From positions 51,648,001 to 51,712,000 of the forward strand of contig CM097885.1 of the NCBI GenBank assembly GCA_044892525.1: a stretch of 64,000 nucleotides of DNA, in the 5' to 3' direction. Below the pieces are notes generated by a model. That model saw nothing but the letters and a program-made list of their open reading frames with translations. It was not told where the DNA came from and ran no database searches. Both the position numbers and the translations under genes were made by a program. Of the stretch, positions 1-14,451 are shown piece by piece (positions within the stretch are counted from its first letter, which is position 1; each line of letters begins with the position of its first letter). The DNA comes from Schmidtea polychroa. Lineage: Eukaryota.

Positions 1-1502
1 ACAGATATACTACTGGAAAACTTGTATTTCTGTCTACCATTTATTTACTTAAAAGAAATAGACTGCTAGATATTCCAAGAAAAAACTAAGCACAACAAGG
101 TTCCAGTAATGTGCTTGCCAATTCTAAAATTGAACAATATGAGGAAATTGAAAACCACAAGTGAAGACGACTCTGATTAGCAAAATGAGAAAGTTGAAAA
201 TGTTAAAAAATATTAAAGTACAAACTCAGCTGCAAATTTAGTTACACACTTTAATATCTCAATACAGTAAGCATCAAGAGTCTGTTACGGTTTAGTGCAA
301 AGAGACCCAGGAAATTTAGCCACTTAAACTTGGAAAAATATTATCAAAAAGAGCGAAAATAAAATCACCAAAAATAGAAAATCATTAACTCAAAATACTG
401 TCTGTTCTGTTTTCATTTCGACGAAAAAGAGCCGTGAATAAAATTAGAGATATATTTGGGAAGAGCAAAGGTGATAAATTAACATATAAATTTTACATAT
501 CAGTTTTATGCACATTGACCTTATGCTCTGAAAATTGAAAGCAAATTAACTGTTACAAAAAATTATAAACAGCAGTAAGAGAAAAACAATATTGCCCAAT
601 TAAAAAAAAATAGAAAACGTTTGAATCAAAATCAACTGAAAATGAATTTTCCTTATAAAAAAATACTCAACAAAAAGATCAAAAATCTAATTAAGGGGTA
701 GTATAAGAATTTAGATCTGAAGGAAACAATGCAAATGACGGAAATAGTTTTTGGCTAAATTCAAAAAATAAAATTAATAAAAATCAGTAACTTTGGTACA
801 CGAACTTCAATTATAATAACAATAGTGCAAATTGCAGTGACAGAATTAAAACAAATATTTTCACCCAACTATGCCAATAACAGATACTTTCTTAAAAATG
901 TATGTAAAAGTTATAAATAAGATATATATAAAATTCATTATAAATATTTATTTATATAATTATTTACATATTTTTCATCTAATTATTTTTGTTCATTTAT
1001 ATAAAATCAAACATTTAAGACAATAATAATTGATTTGATAATCAATAATTAATTTAATTATTCTTTTTCGAATGCAAATAAACAAAATCTCACATTAGTA
1101 AAATCAATTTATCGATTAACTTTTACAATGTTTACAACATGTATAAAATCAATAAAAATAAAATAAATATTAAAAAAAATTCAAATCTAGCATAGGACAG
1201 ATGGATTGCAATTTTGCAATTCCCTTAAGATTCCTGAAATGTCTAATAGAAACGGATCGGACATTGAAATGTCATGTAATCATTGTTTTATTTAATTGTC
1301 ATTCATGTCAAATTTAGCAACACATTTTGCACCTACTTAATATCTGATAAACATAATAATAAATACTGATTATAAAACTTGATAAATAGACAGAAAAAAT
1401 TTCTTGTAATTGACTAATTTTATGTTTGCACGAAAATTTATTTTAAAAATACCGTTCCATGACATTTAAATTCGTAACATTTAATCACTTACAGCTTATC
1501 AT

Positions 1503-1773
1503 GGTGACAAATAATGACACAACACGATGAAATCTACTAATTAATTGTTAAACTAAAAAGTCTACTTTAATTAAATTTTTAAAATTTTTTCTTATATGTT
1601 AAGTTAAATATCTTTTTTGTCATGTTATTTTATAATTTTTGTGATTAAAAATGTTATAATTATGTGAATAGATTCGTCGCGTGACTATCTATCGCTGTGA
1701 TGAAGTGCCATATGATTATCTGTCGTGTGATTATCTGTCGCTGTGATTAACTGTTGTGTGATTACCTGTCACC
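1503..1773. mobile_element. Probable MITE with subterminal 15-17-bp repeats
   Basis: Imperfect TIR GGTGACA(A/G)(A/G)TAAT(G/C)ACACAACA, TCAT on both flanks, and a GTGATTATCTGTCG tandem array at 1676-1773. Confidence 0.6.
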
Positions 1774-2205
1774 TCATTAAATATCTACACACCTAAAACG
1801 CATATATTTTATTCTTCCTACATCAGTCGACAGGTTCAGTGACAATAACTAAGTGAAAACGAAATATCTTTCTAGAAAAAATCAACCTTTAGATGGTTTG
1901 TTAGATGGTTTTTCTTTAAGAAATAATTTTTTCTAAATTAGTTGAATTATTTCTAGCATTTGTTTTTGTCAATCGCAAGAATTTAAAATACAGAAAATCA
2001 AGATGCTCAGTATAAGAGAAAATATATCCAAAATTCAATAATATATACAAGTTAAAAAGAAATTGTCTATTTTTTCTACCTTTAATATCATATTGAACTT
2101 CTGATATAAGGCACACTAAGTATTTAACTAAACTTTCCACTAAATACTTCAAAGTAGATAAATATGCACAAATTGTTCAGTGTACTATTGTTTCCATATT
2201 TTTTG

Positions 2206-2344
2206 TCCATCTTTTTATTTAAATAATAATCTACATGCTGGTCGTCATTGTGGGTGACTATAATCTAGCTAATTATAGGCCGCAGGAAATATTTATTTAA
2301 TTTTTAAAACAAATAAAAAAAACTCCTTTGTCGCTTTCAAGCTT
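2206..2344 (-). repeat. Dispersed repeat, inverted copy of 4734-4873
   Basis: About 140 bp, near-identical reverse complement; also related to 46560-46655. Confidence 0.85.
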
Positions 2345-4675
2345 TAAAATACCTTCCATGGTTCATGGTACTCTTGATTCCTATTGCAAAACTAGTTTAA
2401 CCTATAAATTTATTAACGTATAAACCTATAGCGTGTACCCTTAACTCCGGCGATATTTAATCATCAGAACACTTAATCTGGATACATATAATATTAGTGA
2501 AAAGCTGCAAAAGTTTGCGCAAGAAGAAATATGACATTGGTGTTTGAAGAAACCAGTAAAATAAAGAACTGATTGTTTCACGGATGTTTTAAATATTGGA
2601 AGCATCATGAAAATGCAAATGAAAATATCATATCACAATGCACAAAAATGTGAAATTCCATTGCAAGCAAAACTAACAATGGGGGAAATGCTATCAAAAC
2701 AGAGAAGAATCCGTATCATACCTACGAAGGTAACAAAGTATAATATATTAATAATAAATAATTAATAAAGATAAGAACTATTTAACATTTTATTATTTCA
2801 TACAATCCTTTACATCATTTACAAAAAACTGCTTTGAGTTATGTATAAATATGTAAATAATTAACAGTTAATAAAGAATGAATAAATATATAAATATTTC
2901 AAAGAATGGCAATTAACTGTCTAAAGATTAAGCGTAGGTTGACATCAAAATTAATTTGGAAATATTATTTTAGGATTAATTTTGAAGTCAACATATTTAA
3001 ATTAATCCTAAAGATTCCATTCCGAAACTAAATATTGTTTTGAATAATTGAATTTCCGAAAGACATAATTCAGACAGTTTCAGTACCCCTTAAACGTACA
3101 GGCATTTCGTTTTTCTAATTCAGTAAAGATTATTATTTAATTAGGTTATGTTTTGTGAAAAATTATTACTTCTGAAAGCAACAATATCAACAAGTCTTTA
3201 TTCTTTGCTGATACTTTTTCTCAATACTTAATAAGATTATTTAAGTAAATTAGAGAAGGAAGGTGGAATAATGTTTTTTAACCATTTATTGCTCTTCAAC
3301 GAAATCATCTCGCACGACGAATGCATTCGAATTTCTGCAAGCCAGAGTCACATTCGCCTTTCTAATCTTTTAGTATTCTATTTTTAGCTATTCTATGGGT
3401 GACACTCGCCAGTTCACACTTGTTGACAATGAAACATCGTGATACGTTCGCAAATTATTATATTCATTGCAAAATTTGAAATTCATTTTGTCCAAAAAAA
3501 CTTAGTACTTAGTGTTTATTAATAAGTATCTAGTGTAATTTAATTAAGAAAAATTTATTGTTAATTGTTTTTACCTCAAAACATATTTACAAATTGTTGT
3601 TTTATTTTATGCTTAATAAAATTTTTATATGTTCAATTTGATTGAAAACCATGTAATGGTATTAATAATAATTATATTAATATTAATAATAAAAATAATT
3701 ATTATTATTATTATTATGATTATTAGGTGATGATTTCCTGGTAGGAGCAATAACTCAATGTTAAATAATTAAATGAAAATATAAGCCTTTTGTTGTGAAG
3801 AATTAATTGTTTAATATTATGATTATTATTAAAAGTTAATATAATTACTTATATGCCAAAAAACAAATTTCGAAGCTATTATTTATGTAAAAATTTCAAC
3901 AAATTTTAAATAAAATAATTTGAAAAAACTTTTATTCCCCATTAAGAAAATAAAATAAAATATTTAGTTTGAATTGTATTAATTATTCTATTTTGATAGT
4001 GATTCAGCTATACTTAAAAGGAAAGCATAAGAAACCTACCAAGACCAATCATGTTGATATTCAATTAATTTTATTTTTCTTTCCCACACAATATTGGGCT
4101 GTTTATAATTGTATTCAAGAATAAAAAATGTTTGTCGTCTGCAAACTGAAAAGAATTTTAAAAATATTGAGATTAAATCTTATTTAGCATTGTCTTCTTT
4201 TTGATGGGCAATTTATCAAAATCCTAATATTTGTATTTATGAGTCTTTGATCCATTGAAATTGGGGTCTAAATTGTATTTTATTGTTTAATAATTATCAG
4301 GCATATGCGCCTATATTGTTAAATATTTGTAGAAAATAGACAATAAATTCATTGATTTTATTTTAGAATATAAAAATTGCACAAAAATCAATAAATAAAA
4401 ATATTGAATTTTCATAAATAAAACGAAATATTGACAAAACTTAAATAATAAAATATTAATTTAGTTGGATGAAAAATAAAATATATTTAATTGGAATTAT
4501 TTAATTATAGCGAAGAAAAAATACTTTTTTGTTTGACGTTTTTCATTTATTCTAATTTATTTTAATTTACAAATGTTAAAAACACTATAATTTAATTGTT
4601 GTGTATATCCGTGAGCACTCAATCAAAAACATCAATATTATTATTATTACACCGAGTATTAAGCTTAACTTGTCT

Positions 4676-4873
4676 AAGTAGTCAACTACCAGCACAGTCA
4701 CAACATAGTCTTTTAGATGATTCATATATTATGAAAGCTTGAAAACGACAAAGGAGTTTTTTTTATTTGTTTTAAAAATTAAATAAATATTTCCTGCGGC
4801 CTATAATTAGCTAAATTATAGTCACCCACAATGACGACCAACATGTAGACAATTATTTAAATAAAAAGATGGA
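4676..4873 (+). repeat. Dispersed repeat, colinear with 46468-46655
   Basis: Shares GTAGTCAACTACCAGCACA and downstream blocks with the GC-rich segment inside the palindromic element. Confidence 0.75.
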
Positions 4874-5582
4874 AAAATTGCTCACAACCTTCATAGTATT
4901 AAAAATAAAAATAATTGGCCAATTGTTGGCCAATCTTTACAGTTCCAAAATTATCTTCAACTGATCCTGATCTATCAATTATCAAACAAATGATTATAAG
5001 AATTATTATTAAAAATTAATTAAAAATTTCCCCAAACTTCATTCAAATAACTTATAAAAGTTTTAAGGTTTAAAACCCATTATTCTTCGACCAAATTAGG
5101 AACCAATATCATTAAGTAAATGAAGCATTAAAAGTTGTATAATATTCCCGCTTTATTAAGACATTATATTCTTTCAAACGCCCACATCTTAATCCATCAT
5201 ATAATAAAAAATATTTAAATAAAAAAATTTAGATAAATTAATTCTTACACAAGTTATTAAAACTAATCAGTAAAATCTATAAGAATAATTAATAAAATTA
5301 ACTCATCAGTTAATAAGTGAAGAATATGAAATTAAGTAAAAAAACATGGATATTTTTCTATATATAAACAATTATTTAGATATTAGTCAATGACAATATG
5401 ATTAGATTATTTGGAAAGATAAATATAAAATATTAATTAGTAAAGTATCTTAAGTCGACGTAAAACGGTTAATAAAGTTAGAACAATCCACGATAAAATT
5501 CTTAATTAATGCCGTTTTATTTCTTACAACTTGAAACAGTGCATTTCGTCCGGATTATTTCATATTATCCACTAATTGGGAA

Positions 5583-7041
5583 AAAATTGTAGAAATTAAT
5601 CCAATCCATCCCAACCTTTTGGGAGATATTAAAAATATTAATTTAACAATTAATAAAACAATTGGTTTCATGATTCATTCTCCAGCATTGTTAATTTACT
5701 TACATTTATTACATGAGAGACAGTATATTGGAAGATCAGTTAGCGGTCATCAAATGCACTTTTAACCCCTTAAGTACATATAATATTTTAAATAATTTTT
5801 GTTACAAAGTCACTAACAGTAAAAAAATTCATTATTACTTTTCTTAACTAAATTCATTTTCAAAAAATATATATAAAAAGTTTATTAGTATTTTACATAT
5901 TTCTTTTTTTTTCTTTTGATCAATATCTTTAACATTAAAAATTATTACAATTACGTGTTAAATTTTGACATTGAAAATAAATTTATTTTCAATACTAGAC
6001 GGAGAAATAAAAATTTTATAAAAAATTAATTTCCTCATTGTTTAAATTTAATATTTCATAATTCCTTCGATAATTTAAATAGTATGAAAATAGTCATAAG
6101 CTAAATTTTAGCCAACTATACAAATTGTTTTCCAAAATGCCATTAATAATAGATAAATTTATCATGAAATGAAAATATTGTTCAAAAACATTTAACATTC
6201 AATAGATTAAAACAAATTTCTTTCTTTAACTTTAATTATTCATTTTGACAATTCCAAAAGTTTTAAGTTGAATATCGTAAAAAAATAATTAGTCAAATTA
6301 ATTATTAATAAATAAAATTGTAGAAATTATCCAATCCATCCCAACTTTTTGGGAGATATTAAAAAAATTAATTTAACAATTAATAAAACAATTGGTTTCA
6401 TGATTCATTCTCCAGCATTGTTAATTTACTTACATTTATTACATGAGAGACAGTATATTGGAAGATCAGTTAGCGGCCATCAAATGCACTTTTACCCCTT
6501 AAGTACATATAATATTTTAAATAATTTTTGTTACAAAGTCACTAACAGTAAAAAAATTCATTATTACTTTTCTTAACTAAATTCATTTTCAAAAAATATA
6601 TATAAAAAGTTTATTAGTATTTTACATATTTCATTTTTTTTTCTTTTGATCAATATCTTTAACATTAAAAATTATTACAATTACGTGTTAAATTTTGACA
6701 TTGAAAATAAATTTATTTTCAATACTAGACGGAGAAATAAAAATTTTATAAAAAATTAATTTCCTCATTGTTTAAATTTAATATTTCATAATTCCTTCGA
6801 TAATTTAAATAGTATGAAAATAGTCATAAGCTAAATTTTAGCCAACTATACAAATTGTTTTCCAAAATGCCATTAATAATAGATAAATTTATCACGAAAT
6901 GAAAATATTGTTCAAAAACATTTAAAATTCAATAGATTAAAACAAATTTCTTACTTTAATTATTCATTTTGACAATTCCAAAAGTTTATTTGAATATAAT
7001 AAAAATATAATTAGTCAAATTAATTATTAATAAATAAAATT
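5583..7041 (+). repeat. Tandem duplication, two copies of ~730 bp
   Basis: 5583-6313 is nearly identical to 6314-7041. Confidence 0.95.
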
Positions 7042-7808
7042 ATTTAAAACAAATTTCATTGTGATCAAATATTTTTATATCTTTATTACTTTGTTCGAGT
7101 AAAATTTCTAAACTAAAGTCAGAATTTGGTTATTAAAGATGTTAAAGAATAAATTTAAAAATTTAATAAAAATTAAGTGACATAAAAGTCTTAACCTGAT
7201 CTGTTTGAGCTTAAAATTTAAAGGTGTTTTAAAGAAAATGTAAAAAAAATGTAGTGTTAATGACACTTTCTATATTTATTTAAAAAGTGTAAAAACAGAT
7301 GAAGAAATGTGAGAGAAAAAAACAGAAAATTTTAAATTTGTATAGAAATTTCAAATAAAAAATTCATTAAACAATTGCTAAATTTGATCATAAATTATTG
7401 GAAAACTTTTAAAATTAACAGAAAAATCTTTAATTCTTTGTATAATTTTATTGTATAATTTACCCCTTAATCCAGAAAGCACCAATTGGTGTACTCTCAG
7501 TTTCTTGAAAACACATCCTAATGAATCACACCATTTGGTGTTCTATATTTCATTGTAACTTCCATCAGTTCACTTATTTTTATTATCTATTTCCTTAATT
7601 TTCATTTTGAATGGATCAAAATTTTAATTATCTGACACGAAATTTGGCAGTCTTTTAAAATAGTATTATTCATTGATGGAAAGCAGAATAAAAAATTATA
7701 ACATTAAGCCTAAAATTAGTTCATTTTGAGTAAAAGGAAAACTATAAAAATATTTCTTCCCATAACTGCAAGGGATAATTTGACTATCTAAATATATTTG
7801 ATTATTCT

Positions 7809-7812
<4 letters not shown>

Positions 7813-7874
<62 letters not shown>
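7813..7874. repeat. (TA)n microsatellite
   Basis: Read directly; a similar tract lies at 24532-24598. Confidence 0.95.
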
Positions 7875-7879
<5 letters not shown>

Positions 7880-8220
7880 GAAATTACCTTAAGGTACTTT
7901 AAAATATTATATACCACAAATTTTCAAAATTACAAATAAATTTATCATGAATGTAATTTTCAAATGTTTCTTACAAAATGGTCGTGAATAACGCAATAAC
8001 GCAAAGAAAATTTAGTTTCCGTTACATTTTCCTTTATAAAACGAAAGAGAATTTAATAGCGTTCATTTCGTTTAACATTATTGCGTTACGTGACACAAAA
8101 AGTTTTCATCACTGGTATTATTTAAGTAAACAATTCTGAAAAGCTATACAGAAAAATTGTGTCAAATAAAAAAAATATTGAATTATAATTTTAAATATAA
8201 CGAAAAACGCCAAATCCAAT

Positions 8221-8360
8221 ATATATATATTTTACTACAATATTTTTTTCGACAGTTTGTTTAAAAAAGAGCAATTTAGATTAATTTAGTTTGAATTTTA
8301 ATTCTACCTGACGATGACAGTGATACTGTCGAAATATATTGTAGTAATATATAAAAAATA
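8221..8360 (+). mobile_element. Penelope-type pseudo-LTR remnant with hammerhead motif and an upstream inverted truncated copy
   Basis: 8304-8344 reads CTAC-CTGACGA-T-GACAGT GAT ACTGTC-GAAA-TATA-TT-GTAG and is followed by AATAAA; 8221-8256 is an inverted partial copy. Confidence 0.75.
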
Positions 8361-8649
8361 AACAAATGCATCTATAATCGAAATATTAGTCATAAAGGTG
8401 CAACCAGTGTCATTCAATATGCGGATATTATACAATTAAAACAAAAGCACCATATAAAAATTAAATATTTAATCATGACAGGGAAATGTATTCAATTCCA
8501 AAAAAAAATAATTTAAACTTTAAATCTGTCTTTACATGTCAGACTGATAATTTATAATAAACAATAATCCGTGGAAAAAACTTAATGACGACTTGAAAAG
8601 GATTTAAACTTTTAAGACTGATTGATTTTAACTTCAGTTATTCCAGTTG

Positions 8650-9560
8650 TCTGCTCCTGTGACGGTTAGTACGTACTTTTCTGTCACTTTGTTTAATTCT
8701 TTGAGAATGTTTCCACTAAATTTATTCTTAAGTAGATTAATAAAATATTGTCTAAAAATTAGTCTACGGATGCTAGATAATAATTCACACACTTTCTCAA
8801 GCAATGTAAGAGTTCCAAAAAGTCATTTTTCAAGAAAGGTTCCTCATTCACTTGCAAATCTACAGCATTTTGATAGTTTTTTTTTATAAATCACTGTCAT
8901 TATTTTTGTACTTTTGTGGATTAGTGCGTATTTTTAAAGAATTCATAGAAAGAAACCACATGGATTTCGGTTATTAAGTCTGCTTGTGTTCATGATGTTG
9001 GTTCAAAAGGTTGTAGGTGGAACCTTTTCTAAGATCCTTTCCAACGAAATACGTACAGATTATGCCACTTTAATCCAAAAGTCAACATCAATAATTTGCG
9101 ATGAGATATTCCAGATCTCATCTTCCCAGAATTTGTATTTCCAATAAACTTTCAACCGCTGGACTCACGTTTTGTTTCAGGAACATACATGAATAAAGAG
9201 GTTTCATCTACAGTAATGATGTTCATAAAAATTGAGAATTTTTGATTGTCAGCATTCTTTCCGGTTTTTACACATCTCAGAGGAGTAAAAGGTGGATCGA
9301 ACTTAGAAGTCAATTTTCTTGTGCCAGATGCATTCAGGATGACACGCACACATCCAGTAGTCATATTCAACCGCTGCGAGATATTCATGATAATGAGTCG
9401 GCGTTCTTTCATCACATCTTGTATATATTCCTGTATTTTGGTCAGAAATTTCACAAGAACGACAAACTTTCTCATCATCGAACTGGTGACAATGTATGAG
9501 CTAGCTAATCCATTAGTAGATTATGGTAAAAGAGTGGCATATATTGTCATAAGTTGTCTG
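8650..9560 (-). pseudogene. Decayed mariner (Tc1/mariner) transposase
   Basis: NIITVDETSLFMYVPETKRESS matches the mariner ITGDE.W...Y.PE.K.QS block; upstream HTH-like IQDVMKERRLIIMNISQRLNMTTGCVRVIL. Boundaries are approximate. Confidence 0.78.
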
Positions 9561-10304
9561 TCACTGATTACATATGTATCAACTGTTATCATCATGCAAA
9601 ACAAATAATTTAATTACATTTCAGTAGTTGACAGGACATCGCATCATTTCACAAATAAGTTGAAAATGTACTCTGGTACGCTGTTATGGATGTAAATATT
9701 AAAACAAACTATATTTTTGTAACTATAGATAATATATTATGATCTCACTAGAATATTGTTAAAGAACTAATATGTTTTTCGGTACCAATTAAACGCACCA
9801 TATATTAAAATGTATAAACTATCAAACTATCAATTTCTATTAATAAATATTTAATTTAATTTACTATATTTATTAAAATTTATTATCCAATTTCTTATTT
9901 TATTTAGATAATAATTCACAAATGAAAAATCGGGGCCACAACCATAAATTTCATAAATATTCCATATTATTATTTCATATTATCAGATTTGAAATAAATT
10001 TTCAAGGGATTAATAAAGTTCTTCGTTGCTAACTTGATGCCAATGCTATAATGACAGTTTCATTTAGCAGCAACCGGTAAAATAATATGGAAATTGACAT
10101 TTGTTTGACAGCCTATTCATATGAAATCTAATAAAAATGATGATAGTAAAAAGCAACAATTGCATATTTTATTTATAATCATAACTAAAATACTTTGTTT
10201 CGTTAATAGTCTCAATATTTCTTATGCAAAATAATGAGAAATAATATTATTTAAATTTCCATTTAGTTCCATTTGAACTATTCTTCTGTTGATATACTTT
10301 AGAC

Positions 10305-11254
10305 CAGTGTTTCCCAACCTTTTTTAGCTCATGTCCCCCCTAGCTGAATTTTTTTTTCTTTTGTCCCCCCTATGCAAAACATTTTACAGTTTTTAAAAAA
10401 TTTCCAACTATTTTTATTGATATACGTAATTAATAGATAAAGATTAATTTTTTTATTCAATGAGACAATTGACTCTGATGGTTACTGCAGAGTGATTTAA
10501 TATTAGGTTCGAAGTTGGTAAGTTTAAGCCTTAGATCTCCTTTTTCAATGATATCTAAACGATTTCTCTTCTTGATAAGTAAATCATTAATTACACTAAA
10601 TCCACATTCAGATAAATCGTCGGTTTAAAAGCAGAAATCACTAAGTCAAAAAACTCACTAAGTCAACTTTGATTGTATTATAATAGCACGATTGACTTAG
10701 TGCAATAAATGTCCGCCTAAAAACCTCAAAAATATCAATTTACGACTTATAAGATTTTGCCCATATAAAGTTGGCATTATAATGATTTAATTTAGTACAA
10801 AAAATCAAAATCTTGGAAAATGTACTTAGTGAATTTTGCTTGTAAACCAACGAAATAGGTAGTGGGAAATGGTAATAATAGTTTTCTTGCATAAGATGTT
10901 GACATTGGATATTTTTATTCATCTCATCGCTAAGCCATGCCATTATCCCTTTCAAACCAAACAGATTTTTTATTGATTCATCGTTTTGAATCTCAGCGAT
11001 TTCTTCTATATATTCGAAATTTTCGAATTCTGCCAAATCTATAAGCATCGTCTGTGTTATCCAATTTGGGAAGATAATTTCTTTTAAGTCTGAAAACCTC
11101 TCTTCTAAGTCTTCTATAAGTAATTTTAAATTTCAAACCTAAAATTAACATATATTCCCTAAAATTGAAATTGCCCCCCTGGAAATACAAATTGCCCCCC
11201 TGGAAATCGAAATTGCCCCCAAGTGGGGCGTGGGCCCCACGTTGGGAAACACTG
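10305..11254 (-). mobile_element. Non-autonomous hAT (Buster/Charlie-like) transposon
   Basis: 14-bp TIR CAGTGTTTCCCAAC and perfect 8-bp TSD CTTTAGAC (10297-10304, 11255-11262). Minus-strand C-terminal dimerisation remnant LLLPFPTTY..LSECGFS..KKRNRLDI..GDLRLKLT.FEPNI. Subterminal GAAATTGCCCCC repeats. Confidence 0.93.
10618..10852. mobile_element. 235-bp MITE nested in the hAT element
   Basis: TIRs CGT(C/T)GGTTTA(A/C)AAGCA(G/A)AA(A/T)TCACTAAGT with 4-bp duplication AAAT. Removing it restores PTTYLSECGFS. Confidence 0.85.
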
Positions 11255-11849
11255 CTTTAGACAATCTACTTCTTGTTGTTAGCATAAATATTTAAAACAT
11301 TTTAATTATTCATTATATTTTTCTACAGTGTCGAATTAGATAACGTCCTATATTGTTTGAAATGGAAAAAAGTCCCTTCGCCTCTGGAGACACCATCATA
11401 CACAGAAACTGTTTACAAGTGCATACGGTGACCAGATTTATTGAGAATAAATATGATATGGATAGGGGGGTTGCGGTTAAAAAAATTATATATGATAAAT
11501 TTATATAAATTTAATAAAAATATAATAATAGTTAACATTTGGCTAATTAGAAAAGAATATAAATTATGCGTCACTGTTACAACATAATTAATTAAAAATA
11601 ATATAATAAGTATATATAATAACTATATAAATTAAGGATTTTTAAACAAATTTATTAATTGTAATTTTTTAATAAACACATTTCATTCTTTTAAAACTTA
11701 TAATTCAAATAATATATTATTTTTTAAATTTTAACATATTGAATTTCATTTAATAATTTATTAAAAATTTAATTTATCAACAGCAATACATACATACAAT
11801 ATACAAAGAAATATTTAAAAACATTTAAAACACAATTATTCACTACATT

Positions 11850-12385
11850 CTGCTAATTTTTATGGGATGCATTGGCTTTATCAATAACGCCTCACAAATT
11901 ACACGTTTCAAATAATTATCGAAATCTTTTAATAAAATTTTAAAATCAGACATACCTATTTTACTCTTCCAGTCCCAATTGTGCTCATTAATATTGGTCA
12001 ATGCCTTCGGTCTAAAATGCTCTCAAGTTCGAATACAGAGGTTACCGGAAGTTCCTCCAGTGTATTTGGCATTACATCCATTACATGTAAACTGATAATG
12101 AGATCAGAATACAATTCTACTGGAGTTTTAGACTTATTAATAAACATATTGCGTACTTTACATGAAGTTGACACAATCCTATAATTTAAAGTCCCTAACT
12201 GACTGCTTCCACCGAAGATTTATGTTTTTCTGATAAGAAAATTTGATTGATGTCGTACCTTTCTAAAGTAATAGAAAATATTCCATCACATTTTCCGCAT
12301 TTTAATTTTGTGTCAAATTTTCCTTTCCTAATTTAGAAGTAAAAGCACATTTTCTTCGATTTGGCATTCTCTTTTAAGGATCTTT
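11850..12385 (-). pseudogene. Decayed hAT-like transposase fragment (BED-finger-like N-terminus)
   Basis: KCGKCDGIFSI..RYDINQ..SEKHK resembles hAT N-terminal zinc-finger regions; heavily degraded. Confidence 0.45.
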
Positions 12386-14451
12386 AAAAATCAAGATAAA
12401 ATATCTATAAATTATTAGCTTTAACTTACAATTTAATTAATTTGAGAAATTAAAATTAAAATAATAATGCTGACAGTAAGTGCATTTTTTCACATTCGTT
12501 AAAATAAAACATTCGGCTTAGAAATGAATTTAAACATTCAACCGTCAAAAATATTATTGTCATTAGTGAATTAACAAACTTGGATTTGTAAGAATTTTAT
12601 TTTTTGATTATTCTGGTAATATATATTAAAATATCGATTTCAAAATTTTTATAAAAATAGATTTTTTAAAACAACGCGTTAAGAAAACAATTATTAAAAT
12701 GTAGTACAAAATATAGTGCAGCCGATTGAGAATCCGGTGAATGAATTCTCTTCCTGAATGAATCTTTTTAAAAATAAATCAATTGAAAATAGCATTTTTT
12801 GACCAAAAAATTATATATTTTTAAAAAATACTAAATTTTAAATACGTGTTATAATATAAAAGTAAAGTTTTTGCCTTCACTTCTTATAAAAAATACATAT
12901 GGATGCAGAGCACACATTATGTACTTGAGCATTAGTATAAAGTAGGCACAAATGCATTTGTGTTAAACGTTAAACTATACACTGTACTTGTATTGGTATT
13001 GATGTAACTAGCATCTTCGTAGATGTTATATTAAATTGGAATAAATTTGCTACTGTTATACACGGAACTACTAGGCACTTAACATTTGCTTTAAAAATGC
13101 AAATATTCATAAACACTAACAAAAAATGCTATAAAATATAAATATGAAAGGTGAAAAATGAGAAATTTGCACTTTTCATTATACATGGTTCTGTTACTAG
13201 GGCACTGGTATCTTGGTGCATTAAACATGAATTATATTAATATAGACAGAGTTAACGAAGCTTTTCATCTAAGTTTTGTTGAATCTCTTTGCAAAAATGA
13301 ATTTATAATTTCCATTAAATTTGTAAGAGGTAATAATATAGTGTTTTCCAAATTTCAATATTTTAAGAAAACCAAAAGCAGACTTTTGATTTTGTTTGAA
13401 GAAACTTTGACATTTTTTCAATGACCCATCAATGATATCAAGATATTTGGTAACATGTCACCGACATATTTTGTAACTCATCTTGATAATTCATTTACTT
13501 TGCTTGACTTATTTTTCCTTATTTTTCCGCTAGATAAAGAATGTGTCGAAAATTTGTGTTCATATTTAATTTATTATTTTATTGTCACTGAAAAAAAATA
13601 AAAATAAATTTTAATTCTAGAACTTTAAATAACATTATAATCTGATAAATTATTTAATTATTATTATTTTCAATAAACTTTGCTTTCTAAATTTCTCTTG
13701 GATGTGTTAGTTTTGTTACAAATAAATATTTATGAAATGTATAAAGGGCCGCATTTCATAAATTTAAACAAAAATAAATTTCATAATTAAATTATTTTTT
13801 GGGAGATTTTGAAATATTAAAATTCATTGATTATTACCACAATTCGAGTTAACTGAAAAAACAATATGCATCTATAACAATTAATTTGTCGGCATTATAA
13901 ATAATAATATTAAAGTTATAAATATAGAAATATAGAAATCTATAAACAATTCATTTGTCGGAATTATAAACAATAATATTAAGATTGTAAATATAGACAC
14001 TACTAATAATAATTACTAATATTTACTAATAACTACTAATAATAATTAATTAAATAATTAATTAAATTCAAAGAAATAAATTAATAATTAATAAAAGAAC
14101 CTTTCAGTGTTTTTAGCACTATACTGAAATAGCCGACAGTATCGATATGTAGTTGTATTTTCTATGAATGTCTCTGGGAATCATAAAAACTTAGACATCG
14201 ACTCGTTTCTAAATACAATAGGTACCTTTAGAATTTATTTTGGTTTTTCAATATTGATTTAATCTTTATTTCATATTAGTCATAATATAGCTATAATAAT
14301 AAAAATCATAAATATTTTAAATATTCTGACATCTTATTGTAATAATGAAGGAAGCATTATCCGTAAATGAGTCATGAAAGTTTCCAAGATAAATTACTTA
14401 AGAAATTTAATGAAGGATTTCAATAAAGAGTCAAAAACGAAGAAAAACTCA

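Noticed and set aside
1..900. Purine-rich, coding-like tract at the window start
   Set aside because: Stops in all frames and no recognisable domain.
2206..4873. 140-bp inverted repeats as TIRs of a 2.7-kb transposon
   Set aside because: No TSD is visible, and the repeat continues asymmetrically with homology to 46468-46655; two independent copies of a dispersed repeat is the simpler reading.
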